From assembly GCA_973895155.1 (NCBI GenBank), contig OZ316899.1, forward strand, positions 5,149,241-5,213,240: a stretch of 64,000 nucleotides of DNA, in the 5' to 3' direction. Under the pieces are notes generated by a model. That model made no database searches. It was given only the letters and a program-made list of their open reading frames with translations, and was not told the DNA's origin. The DNA is from Marsupella aquatica (Eukaryota > Plantae > Marchantiophyta). Shown piece after piece: positions 25,901-38,152 of this stretch (positions are counted from its first letter, which is position 1; the number at the start of each line of letters is the position of its first letter). The translations under genes were made by a program, and so were the position numbers.

Positions 25901-26836
25901 TAGCATCTATTTTTACCACAAGAGAAATGACCTCTTTTAAGAATATTTGGTCTCATTGTAAATTATGTGTTATGGCAAGCTCAAATAACCAGATATTTGT
26001 TAGGTATTTTGATACTGTGGAAATTTATACAAAGGTGTATCTAAAAACAAAATGAAATTCTTATTGATACGGATGCATTCCATGCTTGTTTAGATCATTT
26101 TGTGGGATCATTATATCCGCCCAAATATTTAGGGTTGTCCAACAACAATTTCCTGATTAAATTGTTGATTTGTATCTTAGAAAGCTAGCAAATCTTCCAA
26201 CCCACTTGTCCTTGCCAATGGAGGCGAGTATCTTGATTGGTCAATTAAATCTCTTTATAGAGATTTTAGGTAAAATCATACTATATGGGAAGACCCTGTC
26301 ATTCAAAGATATGGCAATAGATAACTTGTAAAGTAGTTTAATTAATAGAAGCCCAATTTAGGATGCTTCCAAATAGCTGCCTTCAGTACAGATGAATTTG
26401 TATTGTCATGGTTGAAGAAATTATTTGTAATCTCCCTTAATATGGGCTATCTACATCTATAATATGCAATCCCACCACAGTTGGCACATTGTCTGCTTAT
26501 GAAAAGCAAAAAGAGCGGGAGTAAATTCTGACCATCCATTAAAATCCCAATTTATTCTCACCTTTGTATCAAACCAAAAGTACTTGCCCTGCCTCCCTTG
26601 GCTGTCCTGTTTGGTTTGCATTGTGTACATACCCCTATAGTGGTATCTAGGTCCTGACTATATTACTTCATAACCATAGTACTTTCCTTCCTTACCCTAG
26701 ATGTTGGTACACTCTGCACAGTGGCATCTTTGAGTCCATTGGTCCAATATGCCCTTCTGTCCTAGAGGCTGGTACCCTCAGTCTGTACAATGGTATCGTC
26801 CTCCCATGTTATGGAAAGATAAGTACTAGAGGGTAT

Positions 26837-29800
26837 TGTAAGTAGTGGGTAATTCCAAAAGTAGGAAGAAACTGAATTTTTTTAAATTTTCTATGGTGTT
26901 TAAACTATAATTATTGCTAACATAGCAGAGATAGCATTTTGTCTACAAGTTACGGGTTCCCAAGTCTAAGTTACAAGTAAACTCTTGTTTACTAGTTACG
27001 AGTTTACTAGTTACTAGTTAATAGTATCCTGGTTTACGAGTTTACGAGTTCATGACTGTTTACTAGTTACGAGTTTACTAGTTAGGGCTTTACGAGTTTT
27101 GCCTTGAGTTGGCGACCGGGGATCGCGATGTCTTATGGCTACATTCAACGGGACTTAGAAACGGAATGGCGAGCATGCATTGAAGTGAAGGCAAGGTAGA
27201 CCCCGGGCGCTCACTCCTGACTAAATTCCTGCCTCCTCCATTGATCCTTTCGGCCTCCCCATTTATTTGCGCTACTACAAGACACAATTTGAGCTATGGA
27301 TGGCCTGGGAGCTGATGAGCAATACCGAGTTGACGCATTGGCAATTCCTAAGAGCGTAGTCGCTCGAATTCCACAAGCGCCCGATAGTTATGCGAATTTA
27401 CAGACTTCATTACAGCAGCTAGGTCTGGGGCATCTACTTGTCGTTCCTTGGGACGTAGAACTCGACTCATACTTGCAGGATTTTGTGAAGGGGTCGCTGC
27501 TTGCTCCTGAATTTTGACAGACCATTCGAGCTCGGCCGAGTCTGTGGACTATGGAGCAAATTGCTTGTGCTGCCCTTCAGAAGGAGAAGGATTGTATTCA
27601 AAGAAGAAAGATTTGTCTACTCCCTACTTCCTGGGATTCGCAATCTCACAAATGGCTGGAACCTCACACAGTGTACTTATCCAGATTTGAGAGTGCTGCT
27701 GGAATTTCTAGTGCCAATTTTACACCCAAAAAAGCCAACCATTTGCCCAGTGGCTTTGGTGAACACAATTGTAGCTGCACACAGTGGAGCCATCGAAGTG
27801 AATTGGGCCTTGTTAATTTTCAATTGTGATGAAGGATCAGGTGAGGAGCATGAAGGCAGGTAGACCTACCTATTTGCAGGTATATCTGTCTCAGCTCTAT
27901 CAGGCTTATGATTGTTTACATCCAGAGGAGAGAACAGAAAGAGGATTACTCCTGATTGAACTAGGCATTGAAGAAGAAATTGGTGTGGAAGAACCAGTGG
28001 ATGCTATTCCCCTGGATTCTAATGATCAGAATGTGGATTTGGATATGGATTTGGAAGATGCCTCAGTGGGTGAACTTGAAGTTTCACCTGCTCGCGATAT
28101 GGAGTTGGTTCGACATCCTCTGGTTAACTTGGTGTATTCAAGAGAAGTCAACAAGGAAAATCAACCTGGAGCTGAAAAAGCTGAGGACGACTCTGAGCAA
28201 CACAAACCTGTTGCTGACCCGACCACTGCTGTCATCCTGAGAGTTGATCCGACTACTTCGTCAAAGGCAGAGTTCAACCAGCAACTTATTGATAAGTTAA
28301 TTACTCTTTTTGGTTGTGATGATGTGGAACTCTATGATGTTGTCTGTAATTTAAGATCAAAGGTAGTCAGCTTATCATCCCCATTTCCAGATCAATTAAC
28401 TCCTGTCAGGACCACCTCCTCTATTATGGGATCAGCCTTAGAAGAATTTGTTGCTCTCAGTCCTGTTGCACCACCAAACCTGCCTATAGAGCCAAGTGAA
28501 CCTGTTCCTGTGACAGAGGATGTAAATTATGTTGCCATTGTAAATGACTTACTGGACATGCTACAGTGTGAGCCACAAGAGATAATGTCAATTGTTAGCA
28601 ACTTAACTCAGAAATCCCTAGTTGCAGAAACTCCTCATAATCCAGATCCTTACTCATACAGTCCTGATTCCAACTATGAACCCACTGATGGACCTGTCTT
28701 CACTCGGGGTCGCTCTAAAGATCCTTATGTCAGACGGGATCTCTCTGATGACTCTGACCCGCCTTTGGATAATGATACTTATAGATCTTATGACAATTCC
28801 CTTGAGTCATCACCAAGGCAGGGGTTTGAAGATGTTGATACAGCTTTGAGGTCAAACCCAAACCTAGTAGCAGTGGTTACGTCCTCTACTCAGAGTCCCA
28901 GGAATGCTACTATCGAGAAGAAGTATCCCAGGCTTCCCGAGGCTCAAGTACAGAAGTATGTAGACATCTGTAAGGTTATGCATGCCAACATGCCACCAGT
29001 TGGAGAATTCTGGAGATACTATTACTTAAAGAAAACTGAGGCGAGCTACATTTTTGACCTAAAGTATCATGGGACTTCTCGATTGGAAATGGCCCAGTTT
29101 GATGAGCACTGGACTGACTCTGTCTACTTCCGACCTATTCTGGCAATGATGTTGCTGCAAGGTGATGTAGAAGTGGAGGATCCTGACCTACTCCTGGCCT
29201 ACTTTGGGAATTTTGCAGCTTATGTTCTGGATTTTGTGCTTACTTTTCTCATGTAGAGTAAGAAATCAACTTCTTGGCAGAACAACTACATCCCTAAGGA
29301 ACCTAAGGTTGTGCTGGTTTCAACCAGCACGTTGGCTGATAAGCAGAGAATCTGGGATAATGTCACCACTCACACTCTGGCCAAGTTCAACAGGTACTTT
29401 AAGGATGTTTGCTGGAGACTTCGACCTTTCTACTCAAAGATGATGAGAACTGAGGATTTCATGGCCTATTATTCTCAGGTTCATGCTGCTACCTGCAATC
29501 ACTATGATGTGATTGGAATTTATAGGGAGGCACTCCGAATAGACTCTTGTTATTTGATGAGGAAAATGCCTGTGATGTATCCAGATAGGCAACTGAGATG
29601 CTTGCCCTACTCTCGAGGATCCCCACGACAAGCTGAGCTCATGGAGGTTGTCCAATCAGGCACTGTTGCTTTTGTGGAGCTTCTCAAAATCAACGACATT
29701 CGACACCAAGACTAAGGCAAAAGTCCTAAGTGTTTTTAGTTAGTTTAGAGTAGTGCATCTTATCCGATTTTTAGAAATGTGCTCTAGAGCTTTAAAAGTC

Positions 29801-30915
29801 ATGAAACCTTTTCACGATGTAGTATGTACTTAGGAAAGCCTTCTGGCAAAATTTGAGGCTTTTCTGAGCTACGAGTAGGAAGTTAAAAATAATTGAATTT
29901 GCCAAGTTTTTATTTCTATTGCAATTACGAGTTACGACTTAGTCAGACTTTTACGAGTTTAAGAGTTTACTAGTTCACAGCTTTTACTAGTTTATGAGTT
30001 TACACTTAGCCAGATTTCTGGCTTTTCACTTACTGAATCGTCATTTTAACTGTTTGAGAGTTATGAATAGGCATGTCTCTTCGACCCTGTGATCTCTCAC
30101 TCGATAGATTTTTACTATAAGATAGCTCTACCACTAGTGTAGTTGATGGTTAAGTTATGCATTTTTGTCTTTTTCTTGTGTTAAACTAGTTGATCCTGAA
30201 TCTATGAGTTCGAGATCAGGTTTAACATTTGGAGAGACTTACCTCCTTCTTGTGTTTTTACCTATGATTATAAACACAGGGAGTAAAATTCCTTTTGTGC
30301 AAATTTTTTGAGTTGTAATGACAGATTCCTTGTTGGTGACTCATTGCAATCTCTTGAGTTCTTAGAGTTAACTCATTGAATTTAAGCCTTATTGAAATTG
30401 ATGGATTTTCTTTCGTGTTGCTTAGTACCATCTAAATTTTGAAGTAGTCACTCTTTTAGATCTTGTCTGAGTACCACTTAGAAAGAAAAGACAAGACGTG
30501 TTGACGACACTTTAAAAGAGTACTCTAGTAAGCAGTTTAGATCTGAAAAGCAAACGTGGATTTAAATCCTTAAGTCTTTTCATTTTGACTTATGTCTAAG
30601 GAGCAACCTTGGTCTATTCCAGACTCCCTTAGCATACTTTAAGATATTTTTCCCTGTGTTTTGTTAATCAATTCCTTTTCATTAATTTTTGGTTACACAA
30701 TGCTAAGATATCATTGAAAACTTCTCACCGCTGTGGAGCGATCTTCAAAATACCTTAGTAAAGAAATCAAACTTGATTACTAAGTGTGGAAAACATCTTA
30801 AGTCTATTATTGTTGTTTAAATCTATCAAACCAACCCCATCTTGTTCTTTATGGGAACAAATACTGAGTTGGAAGACCATAAAGTGTGCTTTTTGGTTTT
30901 CCCTGGCAAACTACA
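26837..30915 (+). mobile_element. Solo-LTR-like unit B (4079 bp) with internal ORF
   Basis: TGTAAG...CTACA ends; TSD GGTAT/AGTAT (one mismatch); family motif TTCTTTATGGGAACAAAT near the 3' end. Confidence 0.8.
27296..29715 (+). pseudogene. LTR-embedded ORF family member with long C-terminal extension
   Basis: LQQLGLGHLLVVPW...EF*QTIRARPSLWT...NGWNLTQC...VLLEFLVPILHPKKP...VNWA...PTYLQVYLSQLY aligns by eye with 8126-9427 and 53272-54992. Frameshifts and stops present. Confidence 0.75.
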
Positions 30916-32749
30916 AGTATTTACATGTAAGATGATTGTATAGTGTGCAAGGAATGTACAGAAGACTTAAAAAACATTCCCTTCCCAACAGAGAAATGAA
31001 TAGTAGTAGTACGTAGGGGAAGGTGGGCCCTTGAGAGAAAGAGAGGAGTGAGGAGAATAAACGGATAGAAATAAAGGGAAAAAGTCAACAAAAGTAGAAA
31101 ACTTTGTGAAATGCAAAAAAAGAAAAGTTGGAACAAGGAGAGAAAGGGAGCTTTGATCTAATGGAAAAATGGCTAGGCTAATATTTATTTATTGCCACAT
31201 ATTAATTCTAAGCCAATTTTTGCAATGATTTGCCAAAGCTCTTGCCATAAGTGCCTTATTCTCTAGCTATTTGAACCTTGCATCGTCAAGTTTTTAGTCT
31301 TTGTCTACAACATATCAATACACATATTCTGTGCAATGACAATATTTTTGGTTAGATAATGTTTTTGACACACATAGCACATGAAACCACATAGCACACC
31401 TTGCACCTGCAAAGCCCCACAAACCATTGTCTCTCTTGCGCTCCCTCCTGCCCTCCCAGGCCCTCGCCCCCCCAAACAACATTGATAATTTTCTCAACAA
31501 CATCAACGCCTATTTCCAATATGAAATAAACTGCAAAATTAGATGGACTATTTTCACAAATTTTGGGTTTACTTTTATTTGTTTTATCTTTATTAGAGAT
31601 CCTAGTTTTTGTTATTCCAACTAAACTTCCAACTTTTTAAGGAAGACTTTTTCAATGAAGGCCAATGAGACCAAGCTCCAAATATTTTTTCTCCCCAAGA
31701 CCTGGCTTGCTTGACGTGCCTTGGCATCTCGATTAGTCTTGCTCTGGCTTTTGCCCCAATTCTTTGCCTAGCTCAGCCGTTTGCCCCCATTTGTGCATTT
31801 TTTTGCCCACAGTTGTTCCATCTTCATAACATTGACAATGACGAGCTCTTGCCCAACTCTTGCCCCTACTCTAAATACCCATCTGAGTCTTTTGTCCACT
31901 ACTTTGTGTTCACTTGAATTGCATCATTTGATTTCATAAAGTTATGTGCAATTTGAACAAGATATGCACAATGACAACACTTTTCACAATAAAAGAATGA
32001 TTGATGAATATATTTCAAAATCCAATTGCCTTTTTCCAAACAGTGTGATCCACCCAAAAAAAACCCATTAATCCCCTCATCCCCACCCTTCTAATTCCAT
32101 GCCCTTACACCTTAGCTCACCATCTGTGCCTCCACCTTCCTTTATGCACTCTCCATGTCAAAGCCCCATTGTCTATGCGGTGAGCTGGAGAAGAGGGTGG
32201 TGACAGCAAAGGGTGGGGGCAAGGGAGCAAGAGGGTGCGGGTGGGGGGGGGGGTGGAGGGAGGGAACTAAAGACAAAAAGGGGGAGGGGAAATTAAATGA
32301 AAAAAATTTATCCTTACAAGACCAAGAGTGGACTTGAACCTGGGCCTTTTGATGCCTTGCCACCGTCACCCATCTTGCACTCCTCCTCCCATTCCATGCA
32401 CTCACCCTCCCCGACATCATGCTTATAGCAACAATATCAATCAAATTAACAACATTGTGGCAACAAGAACCAAACAACCAAAATGATGACACCCTTGCAA
32501 CTATTAATAGTGTCATTACATGGCTATTGCCAAAACAACAACACTTCCTTATCCTACATGCACTTTTTATACCTTACCTCAATGTATTTCTGCAATGCCT
32601 GAGTATTTGGGTTTGGCAACAATAACATGGTTGTAACGATAACATGCCTAAACTTACAACTACCGTGCACAGTGCCCAATACAATCATCTTTGAAGATCA
32701 CGCATAACATGCCTCAACAATTACATTGCAAAATTAATATTTTCTTGCC

Positions 32750-33330
32750 TTGCCTTGCCTTGCCTTGACATCTCTAATATTTACATATTTATCTCTTCTC
32801 AACATCTTTTCCCTGCCTTGACATCTTTTTTCTCTTCTTACCATCTTTTTCTCACCTAGACATCTTTATCTCACCACAACATCTTTTTCTCACCCTCAAA
32901 ATCTTTAGTATCCTTGACGTAGTTTTCTCTGCTCAATAATTTTTCTCACCTTCATATCTTTTTCTTGACATCGTATCTTTTTCTCATCTTTTTTCTTCTT
33001 GACATGTTTTCTCACCTTGACATCTTTTCTCTTCTCGGTATCTTTTATCACCTTGACATATTTTCTCTCCTAGCTTGACATCTTTTATCACCTCAGCGAC
33101 ATCTTTTCTCTCCTTGGCGTCTTAGTTTTATCACCTCAACATCTTTTGCTCACTTTGACATCTTTTGCTCACCTTTACATCTTTTGCTCACCTTGATATC
33201 TCTCATCGCCCCGACATCTTTTGCCTCCTGGACATCTTTAATCACCTTGCACCTTTTGCTCACCTCAACATATTTTATTACGTTGACATCTTTTATTTCC
33301 TCAACATCTTTTATCACCTTGACATCTTTC
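32750..33330. repeat. Degenerate minisatellite, ~18-19 bp unit (CACCTTGACATCTTTT-like)
   Basis: Dozens of GACATCTTT / CTCACCT units in tandem. Confidence 0.85.
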
Positions 33331-34807
33331 GTGCAATGCACGGGCATAGGGAAGTCATATATAAAAGGTTACCTCAAGGATTTGTTTTGTTATTGTGTTG
33401 TCTGCACCATATTTTCCAGAATGCAATTAAATATCATGCGTTCCGGAATGCAATTAAATATCCTGTGTACCCTCAGTTATAGCTTCATGTTGTCATTTTA
33501 TTACAATGATGTCAATTTTCTTTAGAACAATGCGCACACATCTGTGTAAACTTGGTTAAGTCTGTTGGCCCCATCAAGTTGGATTGCGTCAAAATGTAAT
33601 ATGTGTGGTCAAAATATTAAATGTTAAATATCTATCCTGTGATTGGCGCACTTCTCATCATGCCAAGATCAATTTTGTAGTAGTGTCACTACAATGCACT
33701 CATTTTCATGGTTGAAATGTGCAGTTGCGCGTCATGTCGACCCCCATCCTTGTCATTATGCCTGGTAATCGGAAGCGTCAAGAGGCAATTGCTTGATATT
33801 AAAATAATTCTATTTAGTTTTTTCAGAATTTTAAGAGTTAGGTTTTCCTTAAATTGGGGTTTTGTGGGGTCTGCTACTTTTAGCTTCTTGTCACTGGCCT
33901 TGATCTGAATTTGTTTCTGCCCGGTGGTTGGTGGTTAGTTTTAGTAGTGTAGTTACCTGGCCTGTTTGGCTTCTCTTGTTTCTGCTGGATTTCCTCACCT
34001 TTTCAGGGCTTGTGGGGCTCTATCTTGGCTGTTTGGTCCTCCCTTTCCATGGGGTTTTGCAGGTTTTAGTGCCAAAATAAAAATAAAAATAAAATTGCAC
34101 TGCTATTGTTATCTATGAACATTCCAGTCCTAAAAGTTAACTACATAAGTCCTTAATTTTAACATGTACGGACCATAGTATGCCTCTACTAGTTGTCACT
34201 TATAACACTTTTGGTCCAAAATTATGACTTTACAAGTTCCTTCTTACAACCAATTTAGTTGTTACTCGTGACTGCTGGCATGCTTTTTGTTGTCATAGAT
34301 TCATTACAACTCATTGAGTTGTTGCATATGACTAAGGTGTAAGTTGTTCTAAGTACTAATGACTTTGTTGATTGTCTCAAAACTCATAATGCGGCATCAT
34401 AAGAACACTACAGGAAAATTGAGTCATACAATAATCATACCCTAGTCCTAATAATGGGCAGGATTAGGGTTCTTTTCTACTAGTGATAGTCATCATATTG
34501 GACAGTTTAGGCTGAAAAATTACACAGGCCCACAAAATTCTGACACAAATATAAAGGTTTTGGGATTGTATTTTTGAGGTCTACTTTAGTCAACATACTT
34601 GAATTGTTCATAGTGATGACAATGTGAAAGCTTACAAAGATGCAAATAAGCTAAGATTCAGCAATTTGTATGTTGTTGAGAGGTTTGGAGCTATGACTAG
34701 AGAACATGAGATGGACAGTTGCATTTGCTGAATTTGACAAGGTTTACAAATAGCAGACCCATGACTTCTTCTGCAGTGTTCTCATTAGGTGTAGAACAAG
34801 GTGGTCC

Positions 34808-35060
34808 TCAAGGCTTTATATGGCAATCATTTCCACCCAGCCACAACCACTTGCGGCATGATTGGGCCCCACAACAACAACGAATTGCTGTAGGATCATT
34901 GATGGAAAGACCGGTTGCTTCTTTGCTAACAACATAGTTGTAATCATATGATAGTTCATCACCTACTTCAATATCTTGAATTGCATACATGCCAATTCGA
35001 AAATATCTAGGCACAGTTGTTTCAGAATAAACTCGATACACCATCAAGTTTCCCTCACAG
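34808..35060 (-). CDS. Terminal exon of a SUVH/SUVR-type (H3K9) SET + post-SET histone methyltransferase, probably a host gene
   Basis: (HS)CEGNL...IGMYAIQDIEVGDELSYDYNY...CCCGAQSCRKWL covers the SET C-terminus and post-SET CxCxxxxC. T-rich tract and CACAG acceptor at 35061; frame is open to the stop at 34808. Confidence 0.75.
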
Positions 35061-35641
35061 CTGTGCATCACAAAACATAAACCAAAACAAATAATTAGTC
35101 GTCTTCCTCTCCTCTTCAGCTACCTTTTGGTTTGGCCAGTCTCAAAGCCTAGATCCTAGATGTTGGTTATGTCTTTCCATACTTAGAGCACCCACCTCCA
35201 TGCCTAAGGAAGAAAAGCTTAACCTTAGGCTTATCATCTAGACCATCACAATTGGACTCCCTACATTTCTGTGGCAAATCTGTGCTAAAGAAGCTAAATA
35301 TAGTGGATGTAAAAAAACTGTAAATTTGTTGGAAAGAAGTGCAAAAGATAAATTTTCTGTAAATTTACACAACCATTATTTCATATTCACAGACTTCAGT
35401 GATAGTTAAATTATTTCCTTCAACTAGAATATGTGTTTCCAAGGCTGACTTGGGACAAAGCATAATAATTTTTATTCTCTAGGGGGTCAACTATAAAAAA
35501 TACTTAGGAACCAAGTGCAATTCAAAATAAGTAATTAAATATTGTTTTGACCATATTTTATAGAACATAGGAAGGAAAAATGAGTCATTTACAACCAAAA
35601 ATAGTGAATGTCCTTTACAGTATGTGTTTTATTAAGTGAAG

Positions 35642-37756
35642 TGTTGAAACACTACATCATCTTCTTCTCATTCATGTGGGTAATATATACTTGGAGGTAG
35701 TTAGTGGTTGGTCTAACTACCTGGGCTTAGAGGTTTAACCATGGTCTAAAGTAGACGTAACCCTTGGGTTACAACACTCCCCCTTGGATGTGATATTTTG
35801 AGTGAAATATTTCATCCATCTAAAGTCTACAATGAGTGAATGTAATTTCCCTTCTATTGTAAGTGTTTGTCTATTTTGGTATAGTAAAATGTGAATGGTG
35901 GGGGGATGTAACCTCATTAAAACCTCCCCTACTTTCTTTTGGGAGGAAAGAGTGTTACCATCCCCTTTTCCATAATGTAATGTAATGTAATCTATGGGTA
36001 ATATAATCAATGGCCCTAAGTGTAATTAGGTTAACTAATGGTATGAGTGTAAGGAGTGTCACTAATCGCGTAGGTGTATGCGATTGAGTTGGGTCGGTGT
36101 GTCTATTCGAAGTCATTTTTCTTTATGAAAGTAAAGTAGTTGTGAGTCAAAATGGGAAGGTGGGTGAGCACAAACTGTGGGCTCTGTGGTTGATGGAGTG
36201 AGGGTTGATGAAGAACAAGTGTAGCCATTGCAATTTGAAGTGAAGGAAATTTGAGGTCCGCCGTTAGATGAGATCAGAGTTCAAAGAAATGGTGTACGTC
36301 AGGAATCATAGGCAAGGTGCATTGCGCAAAATTGTGGTTAGCATGGTAAGTTCTTGTCTTTGCCCCCTGTTTGCCTGCTTGGAAGTCTTGGGTTTGTAGT
36401 CTCTATCTGCCAAGTCCTACATGGTCTGCCGCATCTCGTTCCCAATGAACTCGTGGATGAATACCAGTGTAGTCCCCAAGTCCATTTGCCAATGTGTATG
36501 ACTTTAGCAAGATGCCTCGTCTTTCTCCAGATTCAATTTGGTCGTTGGCTTTGCTTGCAGTGGTGCTTTTGTTTCTGAAACAACTTTGTAGTTTCATGTT
36601 GCTTTTCTGTTGCTATTTGGAGTCACTTGAATGAATTCTACCAAAAAAAATGTTTGCAGGGCTTGGTAACTTTGAATCAGCCGGTTGCTATTATGTTTGC
36701 TGTCATTTCTTATTGTTTTTCTTGATAGCATTATGCAGTATTAGGTTACGTCAAATGTTCATACTATGTTGGTTCCTTGTTGTGTTGGAGTGCTCTCCGA
36801 AGTCAATCCACGGGTAGTCTCCATTTGCCGTTGTAGTAAGGGTGTACAAGCTGTGGGGTTGGGTTTGCTTTGTCGGTGGTGTAGCAATGCACATTTGCCT
36901 GTAAATAGAGCAGACGTCTTGAAGCATTAGTCGTGTTCATTCAAGTTTGAGCTCCCCCTGAATTTGATTTTCTTCTCATGTATTTTGCCTGTCCTGAGTT
37001 TGATTCCTGCACCAATTTTGAAAAGCTGCGCATCCCTATGGATCAAGTTAGTTCATTATGTACTGCAGGTGGCAAGGATTTTGTGAAGAGGTCAGCACAT
37101 TTGTGCTGGCTCTAGATCCATTGTATATCAATTGTCTTGCCGTGAAGGCCGTGAGAGAAAAAGAACTTGGGTGCAATGTGCTTCATCCTTTTGCCCTTAA
37201 TGTAACCTGCCGCAATTTGTTCCACATAGGCTCTATTATCCTCAAAGAGTACAGTCGGGGAGGTCAATTTTGGCTTACCAATGTGCTCCAGAATATGATC
37301 CATAATATTTTGAAGCCATATACATTTGCGGCTGGCCTTGTACAATGCAATAATCTCTAAATGATTTGAAGAAGTAGTGGTTAGCGATTGTTTTGTACTT
37401 TTCCATGAGATTTGCTGTAGGGCCAATTACAAAGACATAGCCTGTCTGAGATTTTGAATTTGCAGGGTCCAAAAGGTAACCTGCGTCAGCATATCCCATT
37501 AGGTTGTACTCATTTTGGGTTGGGAAATGTAGTCCCATATCTATGGTGCCACATAGGTATCTGAAAATTCATTTCAGTCCATTCTAGTGCCGAATGGTTG
37601 GTTGGGCGTTATGCCTTGCAAGTAAATTCTCTGCGAATGCAATGTTTGGGCAAGTTTGATTTGCCAGAAATGTTAAAGCCCCTATGGCAGATAGGTATGG
37701 CTTTTTGGAGCCAAGTAGTGGCTCTATCTCAATTCTTTTTTGGAAAATGTCCTTTT
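35642..37756 (-). mobile_element. 3' portion of a Bianca-type copia (RT end, RNase H, 3' UTR, PPT, 135-bp 3' LTR)
   Basis: PYLSAIGAL, GYADAGY...SQTGYVF, ISWKSTKQS, EDN...KHIAPKFF at 37000-37756. PPT at 35777-35786; LTR TGTT...AACA at 35776-35642. Cut at 37756 by the next element. Confidence 0.9.
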
Positions 37757-38152
37757 TGTTATGAGTTAAAGCTAACCCTAGATTTAACCCCAACTACATA
37801 GGTTAAGGAGCGGTTATACAACCACCTTCCTATAACCTCACATGTGTATCTAAGATTGGAACTATTAGTAAATGTTGGAGGTTGGAGCAACTTGTCGGCT
37901 ATGGTATCCTCCTTGTAACATGTTATCAGCATGTCTCAATTTTTTTTCCCTGAGCAATAGATGTAGACCACGAAAAAGAGGAAGGATTGAAATCGGAAGA
38001 ATTTTCCCACACATTCAATCAAAGAACGAATCGCACGAATACAGCGGGGGAAACAGCAGAAGTTGCAAACAAAACATTGAATAATATACACCAGAATACT
38101 CCCAGATTGAGCGGCGAAGCAATTGAAGGAGAGTACATCGATTGAGGCAACA

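Noticed and set aside
24911-26836. Unassigned AT-rich segment with several TGGTATC/TGGCATC PBS-like motifs near 26640-26800
   Set aside because: No TSD, TIR or LTR pair found; the motifs are too short to support a call.
26945-27100. Short repeat arrays as a possible CRISPR
   Set aside because: Units are about 9 bp with no unique spacers or cas genes, in a eukaryotic context.
33150-33525. ORFs with KDVKVI-type repeats
   Set aside because: These are translations of the 18-bp minisatellite.
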